A stretch of 64,000 bases of DNA from Octopus vulgaris (GCA_951406725.2 OX597816.1:13392001-13456000); one strand, 5' to 3'; shown: positions 38,739 through 50,530, counted from the stretch's first letter. Translations and numbers: made by a program. The notes: a model not told the origin generated them from the letters alone.

Positions 38739-39338
38739 GGTGGCGAGCTGGCAGAAACGTTAGCGTGCCGGGCGAAATGCTTAGCGGTATTTCGGCTGGC
38801 GCAACGTTGTGAGTTCAAATTCCGCCGAGGTCGACTTTGCCTTTCATCCTTTCGGGGTCGATAAATTAAGTACCAGTTACGCACTGGGGTCGATGTAATC
38901 GACTTAATACCTATGTCTGTCCTTGTTTGTCCCCTCTGTGTTTAGCCCCTTGTGGGTAATAAAGAAATAGGTATTTCGTCTGCCGTTACGTTGTGAGTTC
39001 AAATTTCGCCGAGGTCGACATTGCCTTTCATCCTTTCGGGGTCGATAAATTAAGTACCAGTTACGCACTGGGGTCGATGTAATCGACTTAATACCTATGT
39101 CTGTCCTTATTTGTCCCCTCTGTGTTTAGCCCCTTGTGGGTAAGAAAGAAATAGGTATTTCGTCTGCCGTTACGTTGTGAGTTCAAATTTCGCCGAGGTC
39201 GACTTTGCCTTTCATCCTTTCGAGGGTCGATAAATTAAGTACCAGTTACGCACTGGGGTCGATGTAATCGACTTAATACCTATGTCTGTCCTTGTTTGTC
39301 CCCTCTATGTTTAGCCCCTTGTGGGAAATAAAGAAATA
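38739..39338 (+). mobile_element. SINE family A, trimer: head plus three near-identical bodies (183-bp period)
   Basis: Junction AAGAAATAGGTATTTCGTC near 38970 and 39153. Confidence 0.93.
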
Positions 39339-39627
39339 GATATGTGTGTTGTGATTTGATAATGTTACGTTCCGAGATCGAATTCTACCACGATTGACAT
39401 TTCGCTTTTTATTACTTTAGGGGACACTAAATGAACATGGCGGTACTATCATAGTTTGGCTCTAGGACAGTTCTGACTTTATATTGAATGTCTTACGCAA
39501 AGTATTTCACCTGATATCATATGCAAAAGCAAATATTATATAGTTTCATATGTGTGTGTTTTAAATAAAATGAACCAACAAAGCGAAGACAGTGTGAAAT
39601 TGTTAGGGCATGTATAAAGAGGAAGGT

Positions 39628-39676
39628 AGCCTTACAGCTGTTTCAGGGACATGAATGGTGTTCCGTCATCAGAGAT
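39628..39676 (-). ncRNA. Minimal hammerhead motif in a Penelope pLTR-like repeat (about 39560-39880)
   Basis: Minus strand TCT-CTGATGA-C-GGAACA-CCATTCA-TGTCCC-T-GAAA-CAGCTG-TA-AGG. Confidence 0.6.
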
Positions 39677-39895
39677 GATAGAGAGAGTTAAATACAGGGA
39701 AACAGAGTTCAATATAAGAAGTTATTATGGAAAGGGAGAGATATAGGAAGTGTAAAGGGAAATATGAAAGTAAAAAATAAAAATATATGTTGAATGTTAC
39801 AGTTGCAGTTCCATTATCCATAGCACTTACATAGCCTTACTTGCCATTTCGGGTCTTCTCGATACCAAAACCTCTTATATATATCTCTATATCTA

Positions 39896-39957
<62 letters not shown>

Positions 39958-39962
39958 ATCTA

Positions 39963-40027
<65 letters not shown>

Positions 40028-40030
<3 letters not shown>

Positions 40031-40335
40031 GAGGCGCAATGGCCCAGTGGTTAGGGCAGCGGACTCGCGGTCGTAGGATCGCGGTTTCGATTCCCAGACC
40101 GGGCGTTGTGTGTGTTTATTGAGCTAAAACACCTAATAGCTCCACGATGCTCCGGCAGGGGGTGGGGATCCCTGCTGTACTCTTTCACCACTTTTTCTCT
40201 CACTGTTGCGTCTATTGGCCTGCTCGCTTAGCCAGCGGGGTGGCGTGATTCGAAGGCTAAAACAATGCGAACGCATTGTGACCAGCGATGTGTAACAGCA
40301 TCTGATGGTTTGGTCACGTGATATATATCACGTGA
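40028..40335 (+). mobile_element. SINE family C, tail type 1
   Basis: Matches 8012-8320. Confidence 0.9.
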
Positions 40336-40429
40336 TATATATATACACATGTATATACATATTATATACACACATGCATATACATAAATTATGTATATAT
40401 GCAATTATATATATATATATATATATACA

Positions 40430-41222
40430 CAGGATGCGATGGGTAAACTTGCCATTTAATGTTCTCAATTTCACGCATGCGCATTGTTTGATTTTTAATT
40501 TGTCGACTACACAGTATAGGTCAGTTGGGCGCTGTCTGTAAGAAAAACAACACCATGATGCAAATCACTCTGCCAGAAATTTGGAAACGGTATACTGCAT
40601 TGGCATTCGCACCGGAAGCTCCAATGCAAACATTTCAGAGTGTTTGGATGTCAATCTGAGGACATGTATTGAAAATTATAAAAATCAACCATCTAGTCAA
40701 CATCAAGGTGTTTGGAGTGATCACTAGTGATGGCGATGTTATGCCTCCAGTCATCTTCCCACACGGCCTCACACTCAACACAGGGGCCTACATCAAGTGC
40801 TTGGAGGCGGTAGTGCTGACTTGGATCAAGAGGATAACTGCTGGAAGACCCTATGTCTGGCAACAGGACTCTGCACCATGCCACACAAGCAGGAGAACCC
40901 AGTCATGGCTGCCAGACAATTTCTGCGACCACATCAACCCTAACACCTGGCCACCTTAACTGCAACCCCACACTGCAACCCCTTCGATTATTATGTGTGG
41001 AATAGTTGAACGAGAGACCAACAAAACTCCGGGTAATACCAAAGATGAACTGAAAGCAAGGCTTATGGCAGCATTCACCAACTTAAACAAGGACCCGTCC
41101 AGAAGAGTTGCAGGAAACCAATGGTGATATGTAAATTTTGGTAAATATGTCTGTTAAAATGAGATGTCAATGTTATTTTCGTTTTTGCGTAATTTAGACG
41201 ACAGTTTATTCACCGCACCCAA
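40430..41222 (+). mobile_element. Internally deleted DD37D (maT) Tc1/mariner transposon
   Basis: VFGVITSDGDVMPP...YVWQQDSAPCHTS...WPP/CNPFDYYVW; spacing consistent with DD37D after frameshift repair; degenerate TIRs CAGGATGCGATGGGTAAACT and AGTTTATTCACCGCACCC. Confidence 0.85.
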
Positions 41223-41245
41223 TATATGTATATGCATACCGTATA

Positions 41246-41297
<52 letters not shown>

Positions 41298-41460
41298 ATA
41301 GTTGATATACAAACGTATATATATATATATACCAAATTCGATTGAAATTCACACAAACACGTATATATAATATATTTCTTCAATTCATATATATATAATT
41401 ATCCGCACCAACGCACGGTTGCAACACCATATGGTTGTATCAACCGTGCTGTCTTCTGCT

Positions 41461-41497
<37 letters not shown>

Positions 41498-41583
41498 ATT
41501 TTTTATATATATATATATATAATAATATATATAAACAAAAAAATAAAAATATAAATATATAAAAAAATATATATATATATAAA

Positions 41584-41647
<64 letters not shown>

Positions 41648-41712
41648 ATTTTTGCCTAATGAGATAAAAAAAACCAAGGCTGTGCAGATATTAGAACATT
41701 TATAGATAGAAG

Positions 41713-41764
41713 GTCTTACAGCTGTTTCTAGGATATTTATTAATTATATCCTTTTATCGGAGAC
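41713..41764 (-). ncRNA. Degenerate minimal hammerhead (repeat about 41666-41800)
   Basis: Minus strand GTCT-CCGATAA-A-AGGATAT-loop-ATATCCT-A-GAAA-CAGCTG-TA-AGAC. Confidence 0.5.
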
Positions 41765-41877
41765 GGTGTGAGATGATGGTTAAGTCATAGTTTAGATGTG
41801 ATACAAAATACAGAGTGAGGTGGAGGAAAGAAAATAGATGCAAGACATATAGGGATATATATATCCCTACATAGACA

Positions 41878-41923
<46 letters not shown>

Positions 41924-42352
41924 CCCATATCATATGCATACAGAGAGAGAGGAGAGAGAGAGAGAGAGATAATGTGTGAAAATTTTTATAGAAGCTTGAC
42001 TACAGCAGTCAAGCGACACATCTATTTCATTTTTAATACTATATTGCCGTCTCAAGTACTTCGTAGGCTAGCAAAGAAATTTTGAGCTTTTTGCTATTTA
42101 TCTGTTCGCGTAGCCAAAGCTAGAGTTTTAGATGAACTGTTATTGAATGTAAGAGGAAGCATTGGTAGGCTACATGCTTCAGGGATATTACTCCTGTGCA
42201 ACACTACATCGCTTTTGGCATTAAAGTTGTAGTAATTATAGAGTGCATCATTTTTTATCAGTACAAAACATGTGCATAAGATTTCCAGGCGGCTAAGATC
42301 AGACGTCATGAGAGCCACTGCTTGATATTGTATCGTTATTACTATTTTTCAT

Positions 42353-42566
42353 GGCAGCGAGCTGGCAGAAACGTTAGCACGCCGGGCGAAATGCGTAGCC
42401 GTATTTTGTCTGGCATTACGTTCTGAGTTCAAATTCCGCCGAAGTCGACTTTGCCTTTCATCCTTTCGGGGTCGATGAATTAAGTACTAGTTACGCACTG
42501 GGGTCGATGTAATCAACTGGCCCCGTCCCCCAAAATATCGGGCCTTGTGCCTGGAGTTGAAAAGAA
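42353..42566 (+). mobile_element. SINE family A (tail ending GTGCCTGGAGTTGAAAAG)
   Basis: Full copy. Confidence 0.9.
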
Positions 42567-42649
42567 TTATAGAGTGCAATATAAACTATTCGACATCATT
42601 GAATGCAAACAAAGTTACAAGTGTTATATTAGACACATCCTTATCTTAG

Positions 42650-43090
42650 ATAGAGACCAAAACAAAGGTTAAGGGTCTCTTATTCCCAACTGTTGGACTG
42701 TCCTTGACTCAACAGATTTCATCCGCCTTGCAGCCGGATGGTCAGCAAAATCACCCTCCTTGTCAAGCAAGCTTTGTAGGCATTGCTTGCTTAGTCGCCG
42801 ACGGCCACACCGTTGGGAGAGTGTTTTGCTATTCAGTGTTATATTCACGGCAATATCAGTAGTCTGTTGTTTCGACAGATTCATTTATATAAATCAATTT
42901 TACACTTGATAATTAGTTTAGCCTGTTCGTTAAGGTGTTTGGGATTTAAGTCTAGACCTGGCTACTTGGTATTCCACAGATGTTTTAGTCGTTGCATAAA
43001 ACGAAAACGTTCTGTTTCAGATTGTATACTGTAAATACGCCTCATACAACTCTTTATTGATGGAATAACTCTACTGTCTGCTACGACTAT
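42650..43090 (-). mobile_element. Probable N-terminal ORF remnant of an R4/Dong-like retrotransposon
   Basis: NKELYEAYLQ/FMQRLKHLWNTK*PGLDLNPKHLNEQAKLIIK resembles the recalled R4-clade N-terminal motif (Y...RM..LW...EQ.L.DQ...I). Confidence 0.4.
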
Positions 43091-43220
43091 AGTTGCAATT
43101 GAGACTCACGGAAAATTATATCATGCTTGTTTTTCCTGTAAATTGTCCATTTACATATATTGTCTAGCAACACAGATACATACATACATACATTCCTATA
43201 TATATATATATATATATATA

Positions 43221-43342
<122 letters not shown>

Positions 43343-43620
43343 ATTTGAAGCAGACGATTATATTCTTTAGAAGTTGCGGCAGATTTTGGTCGTGATTGAA
43401 TTTAAAGTTATTCGCAGTTTGATATTTCTTTTCTATAGGATTATTTCAACTCCACAAATATTTCTGAGCATACATACATAGTTAATTTGTTACATGTGGT
43501 GAGTGTATAAAGTGGTGCTGTTTGACTTATTTGTATAAGATAAACACACACACGCTGAGACATAGATAGACACACATACACACACACACACATACACACA
43601 CACACACACATACACACACG

Positions 43621-43663
<43 letters not shown>

Positions 43664-44109
43664 ATATGTATTTAAGTGTACTTGTAACGTTTAGATATTT
43701 ATATAAATATATTTGATGTAACCTCACCAAAATTTAGTAGTTCAATTTTTCTATTATATAATACTCTGTCTTCATATAAGTTGTAATTATCTATATCCGA
43801 AAATCTATCTGATCATTCCAGTCGCCATCTTTGAAGGTACGTATATATGCATACAAGTTAGCTTTCTTCAGAAATTATTTTAGTACTTATAGAAAAGGAA
43901 TTCATTTCTAATGAAGGAAAGCTTTCTTAGAAGAAATTAGGTGACACAAGCGGTAAGGTGTTAGATTTTAATACTCAGAGAATAATTGTATATTTTTCAT
44001 CTTTCGATAACGCATTGTACAGGGTGGCCCAAAAGTAGGTTTATAGTTATCACGTAGGTACGATAAATTTCTTTTAAAACATTTTATTATATTTAAATTT
44101 CTATATATA

Positions 44110-44512
44110 GGCGCAGGAGTGACTGTGTGGTAAGTAGCTTGCTAACCACCCACATGGTTCCGGGTTCACTCCCACTGCGTGGCATCTTGGGCAAGTGTCT
44201 TCTGCTATAGCCCCGGGCCGACCAATGCCTTGTGAGTGGATTTGGTAGACGGAAACTGAAAGAAGCCTGTCGTATATATGTATATATATATATATATGTA
44301 TGTGTGTGTTTGTGCGTCTGTGTTTGTCCCTCTAGCATTGCTTGACAACCGATGCTGGTGTGATTATGTCCCCGTTACCTAGCGGTTCGGCAAAAGAGAC
44401 CGATAGAATAAGTACTGGGCTTACAAAAGAATAAGTCCCGGGGTCGAGTTGCTCGACTAAAGGCGGTGCTCCAGCATGGCCACAGTCAAATGACTGAAAC
44501 AAATAAAAGAGT
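44110..44512 (+). mobile_element. SINE family B, full length
   Basis: Homology to 12711-13119. Confidence 0.92.
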
Positions 44513-44594
44513 ATCTTACACACTGAAATGGGAGCTTAACAAAGTGAAATATATTAGCATAGACAAATGATTTCCTTTTTTTTTTATAATTAAG

Positions 44595-44895
44595 GTACCG
44601 CACGCTAGGATTGAACATGGAACCATGTGGTTAGGAAGCATGCATCTTACCACACAGCTGCGCGCGCGTGTATGTGTGTGGGTGTGTGTTAATGCGTGTG
44701 TGTGTGCGTGTCTGCATGTCTGTGTATGTGTGTGCATGTGTGTGTGTGACGGGCTTCTTTCAGTTGCCGTCAACCAAATCCACTCATAAGGCTTTGGTCG
44801 ACCCGCGGCTATAGTAAAAGAAACTTGCCCCAAGGTGCCATGCTGTGGGACTGAACTTGGAACCATATGGTTGAGAAGCAAGCTTCTTAGCCACG
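44595..44895 (-). mobile_element. Two SINE B 5' fragments
   Basis: 44595-44660 and 44748-44895. Confidence 0.8.
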
Positions 44896-44977
44896 TCTAC
44901 GTACGAAAACCCCAGTTTTTTTTCGAAATTACTATTTAAAGTATTTGTAACATTAAAAATGTCCTAATGCTTATTGA

Positions 44978-45373
44978 GTCTAGGACATTTACCCCCACTC
45001 CATGGACAATGACTCCCTAAGGACAACAGATGATGATTTAAAACTTCTTGCTGGCAAAAACATTAGCAAGTCGGGCGAAATGCGTAGCTGTATTTCGTCT
45101 GTCGATACGTTCCGAGTTCAAATTCCGCCGAGGTCGACTTTGCCTTTCATCCTTTCGGGGTCGATAAATTAAGTACCAGTTACGCACTGGGGTCGATGTA
45201 ATCGACTTAATCCGTTTGTCTGTCCTTATTTGTCCTCTCTGTGTTTAGTCCCTTGTGGGCAATAAAGAAATATATATTAGAGGGTCAGTAATTAACCAAG
45301 GGCAGTAATTGTCCTAGGGGGTAGTTGGGGTCGGGGACAATTGTCCTAGGGGCAGGTATAATTGTCCTGATAC
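44978..45373. mobile_element. MITE-like element with GGACAATT/CCCC subterminal repeats, containing a SINE A (45050-45272)
   Basis: Left AGGACATTTACCCCC versus right repeated GG..AATTGTCCT; related right end at 48058-48113. Confidence 0.5.
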
Positions 45374-45387
45374 GTGTTTGTTTGTCT

Positions 45388-46086
45388 ACTGAACCGAACT
45401 GAACTGAACTGAACTGAACTGAACTGAACTGAACTGAACTGAACTGAACTGAACTGAACTGAACTGAACTGAACTGAACTGAACTGAACTGAACTGAACT
45501 GAACTGAACTGAACTGAACTGAACTGAACTGAACTGAACTGAACTGAACTGAACTGAACTGAACTGAACTGAACTGAACTTGAACTGAACTGAACTGAAC
45601 TGAACTGAACTGAACTGAACTGAACTGAACTGAACTGAACTGAACTGAACTGAACTGAACTGAACTGAACTGAACTGAACTGAACTGAACTGAACTGAAC
45701 TGAACTGAACTGAACTGAACTGAACTGAACTGAACTGAACTGAACTGAACTGAACTGAACTGAATTGAACTGAACTGAACTGAACTGAACTGAACTGAAC
45801 TGAACTGAACTGAACTGAACTGAACTGAACTGAACTGAACTGAACTGAACTGAACTGAACTGAACTGAACTGAACTGAACTGAACTGAACTGAACTGAAC
45901 TGAACTGAACTGAACTGAACTGAACTGAACTGAACTGAACTGAACTGAACTGAACTGAACTGAACTGAACTGAACTGAACTGAACTGAACTGAACTGAAC
46001 TGAACTGAACTGAACTGAACTGAACTGAACTGAACTGAACTGAACTGAACTGAACTGAACTGAACTGAACTGAACTGAACTGAACT
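45388..46086 (+). repeat. (GAACT)n pentanucleotide array, about 140 units
   Basis: Near-perfect, with variants only near 45394, 45581 and 45765. Confidence 0.98.
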
Positions 46087-46273
46087 CTGGTCGCCATAGC
46101 GTCGACTGTGGGCCAGTAGCTGTGTACAGTCGCCCCAATGGCGCCCACAGCGAGCTCCGCGGACCTTAAGTAATGCATGTGTAAAATTTGAATGAAATTG
46201 GTTGTGTTCTCAAGTTCTCAAGTTTTAGGGAAACACAGACAGACTCACATTATCAGTTTTATATATAGAGAGA
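46087..46273 (-). mobile_element. Helitron 5' end abutting the (GAACT)n array
   Basis: Minus strand A|TCTCTCTATATATAAAACTGATAATGTGAGTCTGTCTGTG, same architecture as the 17275 end. Confidence 0.55.
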
Positions 46274-46276
46274 TAT

Positions 46277-46313
<37 letters not shown>

Positions 46314-46434
46314 GGAGGAGGAAGATAAATAGATAGATAGATAGTCAGAGAGACAGACAGATAGGTATACAGACAGACAGATCTCCAATGTATCATATAT
46401 CTGAATAACACATAGAACTCTAATGTATATATCC

Positions 46435-46605
46435 GACGGGTTTCCACACAGTTTCCATCTGCAAAGTTCATACACAAGGCATTGTTCAGCGTGAGGCAAT
46501 AGTAGAAAACCTATCTCAAGTAATCAAATGACCGCACAGTGGAACCGAACCCCCAAACTACATAATCAAATAACGTATTTCTTAACCACACAGCTATACC
46601 TGCAT
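46435..46605 (-). mobile_element. SINE family B-related 5' half, diverged
   Basis: CAGTTTCCATCT..CACAAGGCATTG...CTTAACCACACAGC. Confidence 0.7.
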
Positions 46606-47202
46606 CTATATATTCCATAAGTATTCTCCATAAATATTTCCTTTCTTTCTAATTTCGAAAGAAGTGTTCGCAATTGCTCGGTGGATGACCTCTCTAACTA
46701 CATAATTTCCTCCTCTGTCCCAAGCAATTGTATTAGGCTTGTTAGATTTGCATTTTCGGTCTCTAGAGGAGTTAAGTGCTACAGCGCCTCTCTTGTTGAT
46801 TCTATTATTGATTTCGCCGAATCTTTTAATATCACTTCCAGTTGATGTCAAATTTGTGTCATAATCAATATTTTCAGTCACATCTCTGAGTTTAAGTGAT
46901 TCACCGTCTCTTTTCTTCAGCAGGTATTTAGTAACTATCTCTTGTTCATGGATTTCAAAAGCGTAACCTTCTAAGTGTAACGTGATACAGCGTTCACAAG
47001 TCCAAGACAGGCTACACTTCCTGTCAATGTTAATATCCATACGCATTCTTAACATTTGGTGATATGTAGAATGTTTCTTCTCCTGATGGAAAGAAACTTT
47101 GAAGGATCGTCGAGTGCGCTGTACTTGGAAATGATATTGCAAGCTTTGTTATATGTGCAACGCTGGTTCTCTCAGGAATTATCAGCCATTAAAAGAAATA
47201 AC

Positions 47203-47502
47203 TGGCACTCTGTCGGTTACGACGAAGAGGGTTCCAGTTGATCTGATCGACTTAGCTTGCACATGGAATTAACGAGCAAGAGGCTGAACAGTCTACAAAC
47301 ACGCGTTCTCTTAACGTAGTTCTCTGAGTGATTCAGCGTGACACACGATGTCACATGGTTGCTTCTTTTTGCTAGCTGAGTGGACTGGAGTAAGGTAAAA
47401 ATAAAGTATCTTGCTCAAGGACACAACGTGCCGTCTGGAATTGAACTCAACGCCTTACGATCGCTAGTCGAAACCCCTAAGCACGAAGCCACGCTCCTTC
47501 AC
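47203..47502 (-). mobile_element. SINE with an E-type head and a C-type (tail 2) 3' part
   Basis: 47370-47502 matches 16735-16869; 47203-47355 matches 48832-48985. Confidence 0.7.
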
Positions 47503-47615
47503 TCCTCAACCATTTCCATACGCTTTCACATGGTTTATAGATAATGCGACTGCTGCTATCTCAGGACAAATACTGCGGTGAATATTTTATTAACCATGTG
47601 CATACATTAAGTATG

Positions 47616-47758
47616 TGTTGTGTGGACGCCCCCAGACGATGAAGTAGGCTAGCCCAATACGTAGATATAGAGGGAGGAGTCTAGACGTCAAGGGAGACTA
47701 GAACAGAGTAGAGAGAGTCAAGTTGAGTAGCAGAGGCATCCGAACGTGCGACATAACA
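47616..47758. mobile_element. Solo LTR-like element, 143 bp
   Basis: TGTTGTG...CATAACA termini and perfect 5-bp TSD GTATG. Confidence 0.6.
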
Positions 47759-48133
47759 GTATGATATACAGATGGCGATTTTGATTAAATACTGACTCAG
47801 TTGTTTATACGGGATTTTTAATCAGTCGAGAAGTTATTCACTACATCAGAGAATGTTTAATTCACCTTTACCTCCGTCAGTGACGATGAATTCTCGTCCG
47901 AGCATGTGGCTGACTGAGCGAGCATGCTATTAAAAAGGCAGAAATTCATCTAGCGTTCTTGCCGACCACTGCTGGGTCGAACATCCGTCTGCCTCTAATA
48001 TTTCTTATATTTTTAACACAGCACATTCACAAAAGATGTTATCCTTAGGATAAATATTGCAGTAACTGGTCGGGGAGCATTGTCCTGGGGGTGGGGGTAA
48101 TTGTCCTGATACGTGTTTATTAGTCCAACTATG

Positions 48134-48540
48134 GGATCTTTTCGGTTTGAACGGCAGTTTTTTCTAGCGGTGTCATATGAAATTGTCACTCATAATTATG
48201 ACCCTGATATCGATCTATTGCATTTCAATCTGTTTTAGGGTTAGGGTTAGTTAGGGTTAGGGGTGGGGGGAAGGGTATCTTTATTTCTTCAGAAATGTAA
48301 ATAAACCCAATCTGTTTCTTAAACGAGGGACATATTCATACGGCACAGAATATTTTCACCTCAATAGACGTCATTGATTGGTTGAAATTGCAGAAATTGA
48401 AGAAAAACTATAACATTTTCTCAATAAAGCCAAGAGAAAAAAGATGTTTTATAAACACATTCTACCAGTATACGAAATTTAAAAGTGTTTAGTTACGTGG
48501 AAATTATTTTTAAAAACTGCCGGTCAAACCGAAAAGATCT
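48134..48540. mobile_element. Merlin-like MITE with internal TTAGGG repeats
   Basis: About 29-bp TIRs GGATCTTTTCGGTTTGAACGGCAGTTTTT and AAAAACTGCCGGTCAAACCGAAAAGATCT; 8-bp TSD CAACTATG; superfamily assignment is inferred. Confidence 0.75.
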
Positions 48541-48823
48541 CAACTATGGATGTATTATTTCGCCATGCTGGACCGCTAAATCTTAAAGTTTTTTTTTTTT
48601 TATTGTTTTCTCTCTGTTTAATTTCTCTCATTTCTTTCTGATTATGTATTATCAGAGTGGAGCCTTTAACTTTGTTGCTTTTTCTACTTTTTGGCTGTGT
48701 AGGCTCCAGCGTTTTTCAGGTGTCTTATGTGCTTTGCATAGTGGATAAAGACGCTGGTTAATGCAGTGCATTAACTTAGAAGTTCTGAGTTCAATCGCAG
48801 GCAAGGCACTAAGGTGAACTACA

Positions 48824-49211
48824 GTGTGGAAGCACTCCGTCGGTTACGACGACGAGGGTTCCGGTTGATCCGAATCAACGGAACAGCCTGCTCGTGAAAT
48901 TAACGTGTAAGTGGCTGAGCATTCCACAGACACGTGTACCCTTAACGTAGTTCTCGGGGATATTCAGCGTGACACAGAGAGTGACAAGGCCGGCCCTTTG
49001 AAATACAGGTACAACAGAAAAAGGAAGTAAGAGTGAGAGAAAGTTGTGGTGAAAGAGTACAGCAGGGATCAACACCATCCCCTGCCGGAGCCTCGTGGAG
49101 CTTTAGGTGTTTTCGCTCAATAAACACTCACAACGCCCGGTCTGGGAATCGAAACCGCGATCCTATGACCGCGAGTCCGCTACCCTAACCACTGGGCCAT
49201 TGTGCCTCCAC
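48824..49211 (-). mobile_element. SINE family C, full length, tail type 2
   Basis: tRNA head; 11-bp TSD GGTGAACTACA. Confidence 0.92.
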
Positions 49212-49404
49212 GGTGAACTACAAGACACTTGAAGAAGGCTGCAGTGTACATAGCCGAAACTCAGTGAAAGCAGCCATCAAGATGAGGACACCATTCCGAC
49301 ATAATAAAGTTCCTATTCTCACGAATATAGAATACTATACATCATGATATATAGAGGGTTATAGAATAACCATGTTATATGTAACTCGAGTGAAGACCAA
49401 TGTT

Positions 49405-50121
49405 GGTTTCAAATTTTGGCAAACGGCCAGCAGGTTTGGGTGGGAGATTTAATCGATAACATCGACCCCAATGTTCAACTGGTACATTTTTATCGATCTC
49501 GAAAGGATGAAAGCAAGGTTGACCTCGGTGGAATTTGAACTCAGAACATAATGACGGACGAAATGCCGCTAAGCATTTCCCCCGGTGTGCTAACGATTCT
49601 TTTTTACTCTAGCCATAAGGATCTAAATTTTGGAGAAGAGGGCCAGTCGATTAGATCGCCCCAGAACGCAACTGGTGCTTAATCTATCGACCCCGAAAGG
49701 ATGAAAGGCAAAGTCGACCTCGGCGTAATATGTCAGAAATATTCTTTTTTACTCTAGGTACAAAGCCCGAAATTTTTTCTTGGGGGAGGGGGAGTCGATT
49801 AGATCGACCCCAGTGAGCAACCGGTACTTAATTTATCGACGTCGAAAGGATGAAAAGCAAAGTCGACTTCGGCGGAATTTGAACTCAGAATGTAAAGACA
49901 GACGATATATCTATTTCTTCAGAGAGGGCAAACAAGGACAGACCAACGGATTAAGTCGATTACATCAACCCCAGTGCGTAACTGGTACTTAATTTATCGA
50001 CCCCGAAAGGATGAAAGGCAAAGTCGACCTCGGCGGAATTTGAACTCAGAACGTAACGGCAGACGAAATACGGCTACGCATTTCGCCCGACGTGCTAACG
50101 TTTCTGCCAGCTCGCCCGCCT
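49405..50121 (-). mobile_element. Cluster of four SINE A copies or fragments carrying three tail types
   Basis: Four central domains (GAAAGGATGAAA.GCAA.GT.GAC). Confidence 0.85.
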
Positions 50122-50297
50122 TACCGAAGTCCAATTTTTTGCAATATTGAGCTAACCGAGAGAGGCAGAGAGAGAAAGAGAGTTGAAGTGACAGTGACTT
50201 CAACTTAAAAACAGTTAAGATCTGCAATTTCTGGCTGGGAAGAATACAAAATGGCCTAAATGACTTTGCCTCGAGTAAGTTTCCTTTGCGAAATAAA

Positions 50298-50458
50298 CAG
50301 GAGTGGCTGTGTGGTAAGTAGCTTGCTAACCAACCACATGGTTCCGGGTTCAGTCCCACTGCGTGGCATCTTGGGCAAGTGTCTTCTGCTATAGCTCCGG
50401 GCCGACCAATGCCTTGTGAGTGGATTTGGTAGACGGAAACTGAAAGAAGCCTGTCGTA

Positions 50459-50530
<72 letters not shown>

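Noticed and set aside
38739-39338. Regular repeats suggesting a CRISPR-like array
   Set aside because: Contiguous SINE units with no unique spacers; eukaryotic context and no cas genes
41413-41449. Hairpin GCACGGTTG...CAACCGTGC as a pre-miRNA
   Set aside because: Too short and isolated within (TA)n
45285-46178. 297-aa and 250-aa (VQFSS)n ORFs
   Set aside because: Translation of the pentanucleotide array, with no coding evidence
47876-47915. Hammerhead-like GTCAG-TGACGA...CTGAC
   Set aside because: GAAA and core too degenerate
48234-48262. TTAGGG repeats as a telomere or fusion site
   Set aside because: Only about four units, internal to a MITE
49228-49270. Hammerhead-like TTGAAGA-A-GGCT...AGCC-GAAA
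   Set aside because: Core and cleavage site mutated; no stem I
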